A stretch of 56,406 nucleotides of DNA, filler included, from Jimgerdemannia flammicorona (lineage: Eukaryota): NCBI GenBank assembly GCA_003990765.1. It is 3 parts of 3 records of this genome, joined end to end, with 100 filler letters (N's around TTAATTAATTAA, not from the genome) between each part and the next. Parts side by side here need not be neighbours in the genome. Positions count along the whole stretch, not along the records: positions 1 to 18,740 come from RBNJ01002122.1; 2 more parts are not named here. One strand, written 5' to 3'. Within the stretch, counting starts at the first letter, position 1. Each line of letters starts with the position of its first letter. Below the pieces are notes generated by a model. The model was given only the letters and a program-made list of their open reading frames with translations, did not search any database and was not told the origin of the DNA. A program made the position numbers and the translations under genes. Shown here piece by piece: positions 1-13,068 of this stretch.

Positions 1-1529
1 AAAAAAAAAAAAAAAAAAAAAAAGAGTATAGAATTCTATATATCTCTAAAAATTTAACAAGAATAAATTAGTAAAGAAAATTTTAAAAAAAGAAAGACAA
101 ATGTGGAGGATTTCAGAAAAAAAACTCTAAGAAGCTTACTTTTTACCAATATTGCAATATATTCAATTTCTGTCCAAACTCTTCCTCTCTGCTTTTTATG
201 CTCCCTTTTTCTACTATCTAGTATTTGATATAATTCTTACAAATCTCATTAATATAGTAATGAAGTTTATTACTATAGAGATTTCTTATCACTATTATAA
301 TAATCTCTCTATATTCATTAATAATATAGTTCTCTTCATTGTTGAATACTTCAGTAGGTCAATGGGCTCCTTGATCAAGAATGATTGGCTCCAATTTGAA
401 TATAGACTCCCAAGCCTTAATAGTAATATTAGTATTACTTATGCTAAATAACTTACCCTTGAACTTCTCTATTTAATCAGATGCTAGACATAGTTAAACT
501 TGGATAACTTTGAATTCTCCTCTGCAGTAAAACTGAGTCTTGATCTGAATAGTGGGCTAAGTTAAGTATATGAATGAATTACATATAAGTATTATATAGA
601 AATTTTTAAGAGAGAATATATAAAAATGAAGTTAAATGAAATATAGAGTGAGTATTTAAAAAAGAGTATAAAAATGAGTTACATGCAGATGAGTTATACA
701 AGATTACTCATGAAGACTTACTTTTAATTCTTTTGAAATCTCTACCATATGATATATTGACTCAAAAGCTCAACTACCAAAGATATGTCTTATAACATTC
801 TCCAGCCTTTCTTTATCTTGATTATATATTATAAATAAAGTCAGCAGATTTCACTATAGAGCTATAGGCTCTAAGAAAAAAAGAAATAGTATAAAATAAA
901 CTTAGTTATGCTGTGAAAATTTAAATATAGATAAAAAGGCAATATATATTTACTATTAGCTACTCTAAAAAGGCTATTATATATATAGCTATAAGGTCTA
1001 TAAATTCTAAGATCTGAAGGATCACTGTGAGTTATTGTTAGAATTCTTTCTCATTTTCATCATCATCATTACCATCATTATTACTATTACTATCACTATT
1101 GCTACTATTACTTTAGCTCTTGATGAGCAGTTTATATACTGCCTATATGAGAAAGAATTTAATATTATTAGCAGAGAGTACTTTTCTATCTTGAATATTC
1201 TCTCTTTTGATAATTATTAGATAAAAAAATAAGTAGACTAATGTACAATTAAGAGCTGCTATTTATTTGTTTATAATATAGTAGGAGAAATAAAAAGAAG
1301 TATTGAGGAAAAACAAAGAAAAAAAGAATAAAGAAAGAGTAATATTATTAAAGATTTTAGAGAATAAAGAAAGGGTAATATTACTAAAGATTTTGAGTAA
1401 TCTAGATTAATTCAGATCAATCTAGATTAGATCATGGGACCAATCCAAGTTGATTTAAATATATCATATAACAAATCTGAATCAAATCTCATCTAGATAA
1501 ATTATATCTATTCAGAAGACTATTTTCAT

Positions 1530-2523
1530 GATTTCTAATATCTCTAGCTATATCTAGAGTATACTTGTTTTGATATAGCATCTTTTTCTTTTTGTTATCA
1601 TCAATAAGGAGTTATCTTGATGTATTATGAGTTATATAGAGAGTCAGCCAATCTTGGATATCAAGTGTCAGTATAGGTTACCTATAGGTCCTCAGTATCT
1701 ATAGTAGAGCCCTCTGAGCTTTGGTGAGCTTTTGGGAAGTATGGTTCTGGTATAGGTGACTATTTCTTAAGTAGAGTCAAGATAAGAGAAAAGATAACTA
1801 TTATAGATAGATAGAAGAGTGATTACAGTAGACTAGTCAGATGTCAGACTAGTGATAATTATCAGAACTAAAGTAGATACTATATCAGTGGAGTCTTCTG
1901 ATTAGTGTGAGATAGTTAGGTAGTAGATATTACTCTTAGTTACTCTTAGCATACAGCAGTATTACTTGAGGGTTATTAGAGAGTCTGAGGCTACTTAGAT
2001 CAGATATCTTAGCTATACTTAACTAGAACTAAGAGTTAATATAGCAATATGATCAAGATTTATAGACTTGAGTAATAGGATATTAGGAGTCTTCTCTTAT
2101 CTCATATATAAGTTTTTTACTTATCTTATCAGAGAGAATCAGATCTTATCTACTGTTCTGTATTTCTTGAGGGATTTTTTCTTTATCTATTACTATATTT
2201 GGAGTAGTAGAAGCTATTTTATTCAGCTCAGATATGGTCTTATATATATGTTGGAGTTTTGGATATATGCTTTCAATTATTGATATATAGTTGCTTATTC
2301 TCTAATAATAGGAAAAGTATAATATATAGAATGAGATATAGGCTAATATAAGCTCTATTATATCTGATATAGTTAGACTACTAGACAATAACTAACTTAG
2401 ATTAATAAGAGTATAGTACTTAGAAGAGGGGGGGGAGGGGAGAGAGTTTTGGTCTTTATAGTCTAGGTTTTCTTTTAATAAAAATCTATAAGACATAAAG
2501 TCTATCAAAAAAAAAAAAAAAAA
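1530..2523 (+). mobile_element. 5'-truncated, heavily mutated copy of the ~1.2-kb poly(A)-tailed non-autonomous retroposon
   Basis: Aligns by eye to 2651-3845 and 55238-56406 (gctatatctagagtatacttgttttg vs gctgcatctggggtgtacccattttg). Ends with aataaaa followed by poly(A) at 2507-2523. Confidence 0.8.
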
Positions 2524-2650
2524 TCTAATTCTCTTAATAATCATATTTTCTATAGCTTATCTCTTACTTCTATAGTCATGTGTAGATAAATTTAGATGAT
2601 GTTATCTATTTATATAGAAGTTCATTATAATAAAGAATAAATTATATGAT

Positions 2651-3845
2651 TTCTTTCTCTACTATCTTACCAGTTACAAGATTTGGTAGGTAATCTTCTG
2701 AGTCTCCTTTCTCCTATTATTACCCCCTCTATCTCAGATCGATTTGCTGTATCTGCAGGAGCATAGTGAGAGGAGGGCAATGGTGATAAGTTGTCTCTTT
2801 ATCAGTATCCAATCAGTATCTTCTTCACTTTTTTGCAGATTCTGCTACCTTCAGCTATATCTGGAGTATATCCATTTTGGTATGGCACCTTCTTCCTTTT
2901 GCTGCTACCAATAAGATGTTGTCTTAGAACATCATAGGTTACATAGAGAGTCAGCTAACCTTGAGTATCAAGTACCTAGTATAGGTTACCTACAGGTCCT
3001 CAGTACTTGTGGTAGGGCCCTCTAACTTTGGCAAGCTTCCTAATGAGTATAGTTCTGGTATAGGTGACTGTTTTTCAGATGTTATTGGGATAGGAGGAGA
3101 GATAGCTGTCACAGATAAGAGGAAGGGCAATTATGGTAAACCAGTAGGATATCAGGTTGGAGGTGATCATTGGGGCTGGAGCAGATGCTGTTTTAGTAGG
3201 GTCTTTTGATTGATATAGAGTGGTTAGGTAGTAGGTATTACTCTCAGCTTCTTTTGGCAATATATGGAATTGAGCTCTGATCATTGGGGGGAATTGGAGA
3301 GCTCAAGGCTACCTATTTCAGGCATTTTAGCTATACTCAACTAGAATTGAGAGCTAATATGGCAATATGATCAAGGTCTATAGACTTGAGTAGTGAGATA
3401 TTTGGGGTCTTCTCCTATCTTATATATAAGTTCTCTACTCATCTCATCTGGGAGAATCAGATCCTATCCACTATAATATACTTTGATGAGAGTTTTTTCT
3501 TTTGTCTATCATTCTCTTTGAGGTGGCAGGAGCTATTCTATTTGGCTTAAGCATAGCTTTATACATATATTGGGGTCTTAGGTGTACACTTTCAGTTATT
3601 GGCATATGACTGAGTTCTCCCTGGTAGTAGAGAGAGCATAGTATACAGAATGTGGTGTGGGCCACTATAGGCCCTATTGCATCTGGCATAGTTGAGCTAC
3701 TGAATAATAGCAAGCCTAGATTAATGAGGAGACAGTGCTTGATGAGTAGTAAGAGAGAGTTTTGGCCTATATAGTCTAGATTCCCTTCCAATAAAAATCC
3801 ACAGAAATCTGAGTCTGTAAAACAAAAAAATAATAAAAATAAATA
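2651..3845 (+). mobile_element. Full-length copy of the ~1.2-kb poly(A)-tailed retroposon
   Basis: Same 5' start (ttctctctactatcttaccagttacaag) and 3' end (ggcctatatagtctag...aataaaaatcc...A-rich tail) as the other copies. Possible TSD aataaattata on both sides. Confidence 0.85.
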
Positions 3846-3974
3846 AATTATAAAGTCTATATTTAATTTTTGAAACATTTTTTCTCTTTTATATTTTGAC
3901 ATTTTCATACAATTTCCACTTTACTTTTTTAGTGTAGAATTATTTATTTAATTATTCATATGATGAAGATCAGA

Positions 3975-4525
3975 TAATACAGAGATATTATCATACAATA
4001 TAAGGATATCAGATAGTAGAAGAGATAGAGAGATATTATACAATAGAGAGGATAGAGGAATGTTATACAATAGAGGAATATTATATATCATATAATAGAG
4101 GAGATAGTGAGATATTGTGTGATAGAGGAGATGAAGGAATATTGTATAATAGAGGGGATAGAGAGATATCATATAATAGAGAAATATCATACAATAGAGA
4201 GATATTATATAATAGAGAAACATCATATGATAGAGGGATATTATGTATATAATAGAGGAGACATTGTATGATAGAGAAATGTTATATGATAGAGAGAATA
4301 GAGATATATTGTATAATTGAGGGATATTATATAATATAGAGAATGGAGAGATATTATATGATAGAGAGACATTATATGATAAAGAAGATAAAGGGATATT
4401 ATGTAATAAAGGAGATAAAGAGATGTTGTATAATAGAGGAGATAGAGAGATATTGTATAATTGAGGGATATTATACAATAGAGAGATATTATATAATAGA
4501 AAGATATTATATAATAGAGAAATGT
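3975..4525. repeat. Degenerate minisatellite (agagatattatataatag-like, 18/27-bp units)
   Basis: Directly visible tandem units. These explain the low-complexity ORFs 3948..4478 and 4343..4615. Confidence 0.85.
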
Positions 4526-4699
4526 CAGTTGGGATATCAGATATTAAGTGATAAAGAGATATCAGATGTGAGATATCAGATATTAATACATAGAACAGAT
4601 TGTGATACTAAGTGAATAATAGACTATACAGAATAAGATTGATATAAAAAAATCATCAAACTCTCACCATATTTAATTATATACCAAAGTGAGCCAAAT

Positions 4700-4940
4700 A
4701 TAATCTGGTATCTCTTACAAATATTTGAACTATCTAGTATATAGTATATATTTGTCTGAACTGTCCAATATCTTTTACAAATATAACATATCTCTTAGCT
4801 CTATCTGTCTAATATCTTTTGTGAATATAATATACTCCTTGGCTCTGAACTATCTAGTATCTTTTATGAATATAGTATACACTTCTCAGCTCTTAACTGT
4901 CCAGTGTTTTTTATAAATATAATATATCTCTCAGCTCAAA
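4700..4940. repeat. Degenerate tandem repeat (ctgaactatctagtatctttt...aatataatata-like)
   Basis: Several imperfect consecutive copies are visible. Confidence 0.6.
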
Positions 4941-6775
4941 CAAATAATAACTATGTCCTGGATAGCTACAATAAGTATAAATATGATAAAATGTATATGA
5001 ATTATATAGATAATCAGGAATACTAGTTGAGATTACTCCATTCTTCATATGATTAAAAAATTAGCAAACTTCAAGAGATAGAGAATATAAAATATATATT
5101 GATAATAGTTCTTAAATTATAACATCTGGAGATAAATAGGACAGTACATCAGAGAGTGGAACTAAGGCAGCAGACTCAGATACTAAAAGGTTGTTCAATG
5201 TGAAATAGTTCAGAAGAGATTTTAAATGAACAATCTTTATTTGCTGAGATTTGAGAATATATAATATATAGTTGTTATCTTTTTAGTAGTAATTGAGTAT
5301 ACTTAATATATAGTTAAATTTATTCTGGTAACTATTGAGTATATTTGATATACTATTATACTCTTTTTGGTAGCAGATGATCATCTATTATATAATATTT
5401 AGATTGATATTTCAGATATTGAAATCTAATTCAGGACTCTGTTCATAGTAAGTCTTTGAACTTAGTAGTGCTAATTGTTTACCTTTAAATAATTTACCTG
5501 AAGATATCTATGTAAAATAGAAGGATAATAAGAATAGAATAATATTATAAAACTAAAAAAACTAATAGTAGAGCTAACATATCTTTAATATAAAAATGTA
5601 TAAGTATTGAGAGTATTGATATAAAGAGTATTATATAGATCAAAAGTATTATATATATAGATCAGATATTGACATGCATCAATCTGCAGCCAATTATAAT
5701 TTATAAATTATTAACTATGCTTATCATATATAGTGAGTATAGGAAAATCCATAAAGAGTTTTCATTCACATATATGATACTTTTTTATAAATAATACATA
5801 TTTGTCAATTAGACTAAATTAGACCATATTTGACATGTTGGCTGTTTTTACTTATAACTTAGCAAAATTATATCTGATTTTAGCATACTTAGACTTATTA
5901 GAAAGCTACTATTTAGGGCTTTCTAAAGAGCTTAAGTATATTAAAATTGAATGTAATTTCACCAGGATATGAGTGAAAACATCAAATCTCAGATAACTAA
6001 TAAAGTGATATAGGGAATTTATTAATAATAATATTGTTTGCAAAATAGTTCAAATTATAAAGAATAATATTTTTTTTCTTATATGTAAATTCTCTATATT
6101 ATCTTGCCCTCACTGCATATTTCCACCTCATCTTTCACCTTACCTTACTGTATATTCCCATCTCACCTCACTGCATATTCCTACCTTATCTTACTGCTTG
6201 ACTATAACCTTTATTGGCCTTTGATACCAGTCACTAAGATCAATTAAAAAGCAGGTAAATTTTCCTATTTTCTAAATATGTATATAATTATATTATATAT
6301 AAGATTAAAATGTATAAACTATAGTAATAGTCTATTAATTATCTAGTAAATTATTTTATTATTTTATTTATCTATTTTATTTATTAATTAACTATCTGAT
6401 TTATCTTATCTATTTTGTCTATTTTATTTATCTTATCTATTATATCTATTCTAATCCATCTAATTTAACTTATTTAACTTATTTATCTCATTTATATATC
6501 TAAACTATCTTATCTATTTTATATATCATATATGTATAAGAGTTTTTCAAATATTAGTTATCTATATTAATAAGTTTTTTATTTTATATATTATATAATC
6601 TTTTTTTTTAAATACTATATATTAATTTATATATATTTTTATATAGATATTTTATAAACATATAAATAATATTATCTTATTTATATTTTTTAGTAATATT
6701 ATGTAAATTCTTTAAATAATTATAAGATTTTTTGTTATAATATTTTAATTTTTATAATTTTTGAAGATATATTTT

Positions 6776-6838
<63 letters not shown>

Positions 6839-7393
6839 GTTTGAGCAAGTTTATCTATTGTATAAGATATAATAAAGCAGATATATATATTTAATAAAGT
6901 TATTGAGATAATATAATATTCAGTTCTATATCAGATTTAGTAATAATAAATTCTATATTAATTTCAGTAATATTAGATTTAGTAATAAGTTTTATATTAA
7001 TTTTAGTAATATTAAATTTAATAATAGATCTAATATTTAAAGTAGATTGATTAAATATCTCTTAGATATATAGTAATATAGCTAAATTTGACTATAAATT
7101 TTTGAAATTTCATAAGTCTGAAAATTATATATAATAACTTTTAAAAAATATTTTAACTATTGATTTTTTTATACTTTTTTTTACCTTTGGTAAAAAAAAA
7201 AAAAAAAATTAAATAAATTGAGTTATATTTTAACAGAAAATGTAAAATTGAAAAAATCAGATTTTTTAATAAAAAATCACTGCTAAAAAGACATTCCTAT
7301 ATACTATCTAAGGGATACTATTTAAAAAATAAATAAAATTATTAAATTAATAATATAGTAAGTTATATATATACTATAAACTATAAACTACTA

Positions 7394-7395
<2 letters not shown>

Positions 7396-7423
<28 letters not shown>
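7396..7423. repeat. (TTA)n microsatellite, followed by ctataag-type repeats
   Basis: ttattattatt... run. Confidence 0.85.
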
Positions 7424-7424
<1 letters not shown>

Positions 7425-7829
7425 TATACTAGCTATAACTATAAGCTGTAAGCTATTATAAGCTACTATAAGCTACTATTAGTTACTATGAATTACTATA
7501 TTCAGCTAATATATCATTTATATCATTATTAGAGTCTACATTCTCCTCATCAGTAGAAATATATAGATATAAGTTTTTGAAAGTTCTCAATTAAAAATGT
7601 TAATTCTGGATAAGATTCAGAAAAGATAGAAGCTAAAAAAATCTTATAATATATTGATAGTGTTTTTGAATATAGTATACAGTACAATATAAGTCGACAT
7701 ACTTATAACTAACTCAAGATGCAGTCATTAGGAAAATTAACCAAGTACACCATAAAGCATGAACAGGTAACTAACTCAGTGTAGTGATAAACATCAACTT
7801 TGATTTCGAAAACAGTCCAGGGACCTTTT

Positions 7830-8670
7830 GATTGAATCTCCAGCACCATATTATGCGGTAGGTACACTGCGCCTGCTACTTGTGATGATATGGAATGAGG
7901 GTCGGGCCTAAAAACACCAATTGATCGTCCGGGAGGCCAGTTAATTCGGCCGCCGCGTGATGACCAGGATTTGGGCTTTGGCCAGCTTTACTCACGACGC
8001 GTCTGCCCACTTCCCAATTACAGACGGTAATTTCAGCGCGTCGGTGGACTTGGGATCTGGAATCTGGATTTTGGAGATGGCTCAAGACTATCCGAAATCC
8101 AAATTTGTAGGGGTGGACGCCGCAGCGGTATATCCTTCACGGGCGGATCTGCGCGTTCGACTACGTGTACCAGCGGTTCGTGCTGCCGGTGTTCACGCCA
8201 CAGGACTATCGGACCGCCGTCGCGGAGTACACGTGTGTGCTCAGGCTCGGTGGGTGGCTCGAGATGTTTGAGATGGCGCTTAAAACGGTGGAAAGACCGC
8301 CGCCGGACATGAACTTTTTCAAAGCAAGTGCGTATAAGGCTGTTATTTGTGACAGGATCAATGTTTTACTCTGGTTAGCACCATTTCGATAGCGCTTACG
8401 TCTGGGAGCTGGGTACCCTGCTCCCGTCCAATGACTTGGTGGACGTGGAGCAGGACTACATCTCACTCCGCTCGGGTGGGGTGAGCGAGCTATACGGCAG
8501 TGTCCGTACTTGTCGTGGCTGGCATTCGCGCCTGTGGTGCTGCCGCTGATGGAGGAATGAATACGGTTGACGAGTATGCACGACGTGAGCGGAACCTATT
8601 CGATCAGTTTAAATGTTATAAAAGCTGGCAATAAGGTCACATATGGTCGGGAGGAGGCCGCCGGGGATTA
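7830..8670 (+). pseudogene. Class I SAM-dependent methyltransferase (LaeA-like / Methyltransf_23/25 type), pseudogene
   Basis: Pieces LNLQHHIMR|gtaggt, DGNFSA, DLGSGIWILEMAQDYPKSKFVGVDA, FDYVYQRF..TPQDY..VLRLGGWLEMFE and DYIS.PLGWG lie in different frames. Segments normally found between GNFSAP and motif I, and before FDYV, appear deleted. Confidence 0.75.
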
Positions 8671-9928
8671 TGGGGCGGAGACAAAGGGGTGGTTGACATT
8701 TTAGGAGGTTTGTGGTTTCCGTTAGTAAATACGTATGTTGGACATATATGTATTGGCTTTCGCTGTATTATTCCGCATTTTTGATACTAGCATGCAAATT
8801 TTATTAAAAGTTTTCCTTTCACCGAAAAATTTCGTTTGGTATTGGTTTGTCGGTGCAGGTTAAAAAAAAAAAAAAAAAAAAAACATACGGGAACGGTGCT
8901 ATCTTGTGTGAGTTGTTTGTGCAGAACACTCTGATCATTACTCCTGTTTAATAGCTTATTCATCAGTAATTTGGTTAACTAATATAACTATCAGTTACTA
9001 CATCAATAATATATTTGACATTGATAATATATCTTTTATTCTGTATAAATGCCCAATTGAATCTCGCTGTTCGAACGTTCGGGTGAGGCCTGCGTCTGTT
9101 CATCTGTTATAATATTAGCACGTGTTCGTGAAATTGTTTCTGGAGCTGGAGGCGAAGTAGACAAGGACATCCGGGCGACGGTAATCGTGGCAAATGGGCT
9201 GGAGATTGAGTACCACGGCATCGACATGCTGTAAACGAACGAACTGAATGATTTGGGAGTGGAAACGCACGTCTGCCGTTTATTTACCGAATTACCACTG
9301 TCCATATCTGCTATGGAATGTACCATCCCGACCAACGCCCCGGCGGCGCAAACAACAGTAACCGAATGACGTTGTAAACAGATAGAATATAGAATATTAT
9401 AATTACTATCGCTTGTGAACACCTTCACCGGTTCGTGTGTGGCTACGATAAGACCCGACAGATTTTCTCACTGACGAGCAAGCTTAATGCAAAAAATCTA
9501 TTGACATGTCTGGAGCCGAGACACAAAACTAGTAACAACCACTTACCGACCCAAAGGTCGAGAAGCGAGTTAGGGAAATGAGAAGTGGCGAAAGTGTTCT
9601 GGAAGTCGTACTGCAAGGTTATTTATTTAGTCGCAGAATTTAGGTGTGACTTCAACACCGACGGACATGAACCCCTGAGTAAGGTATTCATACTTACACT
9701 TTAGCAAACGTAAAAGCAATTTCTTGTTCAGTTGCCTACCTCTTTTAGTTGTCACAAGTATGGGCGTAGCGCAACTTGATTCCAACACTCTCTCAGATCG
9801 ACAATCGTCTATACACGCCTGCATCGCCATTATCGCGTCTATCAGACAACCCTAGAACCAAACCCCACGATACATCCACATCATTCTGGCATAAACACCA
9901 CTTACACCCAAATCCCACCCGGCCCACC

Positions 9929-10713
9929 TCACGCCTTGCCCTTCGATTTCTCAGCCTTCGCTTTCTCAAGCTTCAATTTCTCAACCTCGGCCGCCAACCT
10001 ATCTATCTCCTTCGTCACTTCGGCGTTGAGTCCTTCCTTGTCCAGCCCTCTGGCCCTCATGACCTTCTCCTCCTCTTTGGCCCACCGCGCCTTGACTTTC
10101 TCGTTAATAACACCGCCTTTACCCCTGACCTCATTCGCCCCACTCTCCTTCTTCGTCTCATTCTCCTTCTTCGCCTCACTCTCCTTCCTCGCCTCCGTCC
10201 GCTCCCTCACCAGCCGCCGCACCACGCTCTCGAACCGCAGGTCGTGGGGGCCGTCCACGTACTCGATCACCGCCATCTGCGCGCAGTCACCTTTGCGAGG
10301 ACCTAGGGGCATTATGCGCGTGTAACCGCCAGAGCGCGAGGCGAAACGCGCCGCGAGGGGGCCGAAGAGCTTGGGGATGGTGATTTTTGGGTCCTGTTGG
10401 AATTGGAGGAAGTGGGTTGAAAGCTGTTCGGACGTGCGGCGGGGAGGGGTCGGAACAGCTTTTATAAAAGTGTTATCAAATAAATATCATTCACACGCAC
10501 CCTCAAATAGGCCAGCGCCTGCCTCCTCGCGTGCTCGTCGCCCTGCTTGCCTAGGGTAATCATCCTATCCGCCATCCTGCGCAGGTCCTTCGCCTTGGGT
10601 AGTGTTGTCGTTATACTCTCGTGTTGGATCAAGGATGAAGTGAGGTTGCGAAACATTGCTTTCCTGTGTGCAGAGGTGCGGTTGAAGCGGCGCAGGTGCT
10701 TGCCATGGTGCAT
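9929..10713 (-). CDS. MRPL8: Mitochondrial ribosomal protein bL17m (yeast Mrpl8 orthologue); 2 exons (10713-10501, 10393-9929), ~225 aa
   Basis: L17 signature [53 protein letters not shown] and [35 protein letters not shown]. The GT..CAG intron keeps the frame. Confidence 0.93.
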
Positions 10714-10898
10714 GGTTCCTTCTTTTTTGGGGGTTGAGGTTGAGGAGGAGGAGGAGGAGGAGGAGGAGGGTAAAATGGACAAAATGGACTGCTGGTGTTT
10801 TGTTCCTGATTTATTGCACGTGATCGCCGCTTGCATAAGTCTCGTCTCTCGGCATCCTTCTTCCCTCCAGCCTCGCCACACACCACTACAAAGACAAA
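10714..10898. promoter_or_regulatory. Candidate bidirectional promoter (185 bp between divergent ATGs) with a (GAG)9 run and a CACGTG box
   Basis: Head-to-head MRPL8/TLG2 start codons. (gag)n at 10742-10768; cacgtg at 10817-10822. Confidence 0.6.
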
Positions 10899-12833
10899 AT
10901 GGCCACCCGAAGCCGCACCCTCCTCTTCCTTCAGTACCGCAACACCTATGCCCGTTCGCACTCGCGCTCCGCCATAGCCTCCTCCGCCGCCTCCGCCGAG
11001 ACCGAGCGCGCCGGCCTGATGGAGAGCTCAGATCACGTCATTGAGCTATCAGTGCTACCGCCAAAATGGTAGGAAGGTGGATGTGCGAAAAGGAAGGGTG
11101 GGTGAGAAGGAAGGAGGAGAATGCATAAAAAGGGTTCTGTGGCATCTTCGGATCACATTTCGTTCACTATCACACACGGTTTTTCCATGCAGGGTAGACA
11201 TTGTGGACGAGTTTGACGAGAACGTCGAGAAAATCAAGGAAAACAGTATGTGCCTCCCAATTCAATTCCAACTGGTTCCTTTAAATCTTTACCCTCGAAC
11301 GTCGTCGTCGTTGGCCCTCTTGTTTTTATGTGCGGGTTGCCCAATTTTCGCCTTATTCACATCTCCCCATTCCAGTCACAAAGCTCGACGCGATGCACCG
11401 CAAGCACCTTCTCCCCGGCTTCGACGACCAGACCTCGGACGAGCAGGCGATCGAACGCCTGACAGACGACATCACGCATGTACGTACACCATGCCTAGTC
11501 GGGACATTTCACGTGTCGATCTCTCATCGTTTGTTAACACTCCAACCTCTCGCTTTGCGCCAGCAATTCCACGAGGCTCAACGCAAGGTGCAACGGATCA
11601 ATAACGAGAGCCGTGGTAATGCGTCGAGGCAGGAGCTGCTGATGAGCCGAAACATTCAGACCAGTCTGGCCACCAAGCTACAAGAGGTGTCGTCTGGGTT
11701 TAGGAAGGGACAGGCGCAATACCTGCAGAGTGGGTGTCGGAGGTGGGGTTGGGAGAACTGGAGGAATGGGGGGTGGGGGGGAAGAGGGGGTAGAGGAGTG
11801 GGAGGAAAGGGGACTAGGAGGTGGGGGGAAAGGGAGATGGAAGGGAGTGGGGATGGGGGGGAAAGGGAGGTGGAAGGGAGTGAGGAAAGGGAGGTGGAAG
11901 GGAGTGGGGATGGGGGGGAAAAGGGAGCGGAGGGTTGATGAGCGGAGGCGGTGGTAAAGGAAGGGTAGGGTGAAAGGTTGTCTCGGGTACATAGTGGTGG
12001 ATATAACAATCCGGTAGGATACTAGGGGGGAATTCTTCCGGAAAGTGCGTCCGCAATCTAATGCTCTCTTTCCATGGCCCAAACTCATCCGCAGAGCTGA
12101 GAGGCCGCGAAAACCGCAAATCCGACATTTTAGGCCTAGACACGAGCGTCGCAGACCTCCTCGTCGACGACGATGACGTAAATATGGTATGCTGTCCCAT
12201 CAAACCGTTTTCGCGTTGCCGCCGTCTCATTCCTAACCCCCTTCAAATTAAATAAAATAACCACACCCTTCCACTTTCACCTAACAGGGTTTCACAGAGT
12301 CGCAGATGGCGCAGCTAGAGTCAAACGAGGCGGCGGTTTCGCAGCGGGAGAGAGAAGTGAATGAAATCGCGCGGTCCATCTCGGCGCTGGCGGAGATCTT
12401 CAAAGAACTGCAGACACTCGTGATTGATCAGGGGACGTTATTGGATAGGATCGATTATAATATCGAGTCCATGTCCTACAATGTCAGGGAGGCGGCGAAG
12501 GAGTTGGATCAGGTGGGATGGCGTTGGGAAGAAAGGGGAGGATGAGGTTATGTGTGTGAGGGGGGAATACGGAAGCATTGAGGAGGTCGTTGGTGGGGGG
12601 GGGGGTGGAGGATCTTGTGCCCTTGTGCCGCTGTTGAGGTTGTTGGTTTACGACAAGTCGCCATCATGCCCAAGTGTCTTTACACCGTCATCTTACCTAT
12701 TTAATTTCTTCTTTTATTCTTACACGCGCAGGCAGAGACATACCAAAAGAACACGCGCAGCCGGCAGTGCATCTTCCTGCTCATCCTACTCATCTTCGGG
12801 CTGTTCATAATCCTCATCTTCAAGCCCCGGTGA
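10899..12833 (+). CDS. TLG2: Qa t-SNARE Tlg2/syntaxin-16; 7 exons (10899-11068, 11193-11245, 11376-11479, 11564-11729, 12095-12186, 12288-12512, 12732-12833)
   Basis: N-peptide [38 protein letters not shown] motif [41 protein letters not shown] and C-terminal [20 protein letters not shown]. All introns are GT-AG and in frame. Confidence 0.93.
11760..11935. repeat. Purine/G-rich tandem repeat inside TLG2 intron 4
   Basis: Repeated gaaagggag(a/g)tggaagggagtg(gggatggggggg) units. Confidence 0.75.
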
Positions 12834-13068
12834 TATATTCTGCGGGGTTGGGTGACTGGACTGGAAGAACTAGCGGGAGGGATATTTAGGTTACAGGAAT
12901 GGAAATGTTGTAGATAGATATTATACGTTCGAATTATTAGTTTCTCCACAACGGACACTGCTCGTGTAAGTACAATAATATAAGAGCGACTTTACCCACG
13001 TGACTGCTCTCTGACTCCGTGACTTGCATAGTTCCACCATCTTCTCCATCTTCACAACCGCCACTGCA

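Noticed and set aside
3948..4615. ORFs of 176 and 90 aa with YNISLS-type repeats
   Set aside because: Minisatellite translation artefact.
9036..9428. 130-aa minus-strand ORF with a hydrophobic stretch and KR site (possible small secreted protein)
   Set aside because: No ATG start in a sensible position and no recognisable domain. Possible splice signals could not be assembled into a convincing model.
9776..12230. Numerous antisense or alternate-frame ORFs over MRPL8 and TLG2 (Pro-rich, Gly-rich)
   Set aside because: Shadow ORFs caused by high GC and G/C-tract introns; the spliced genes explain the region.
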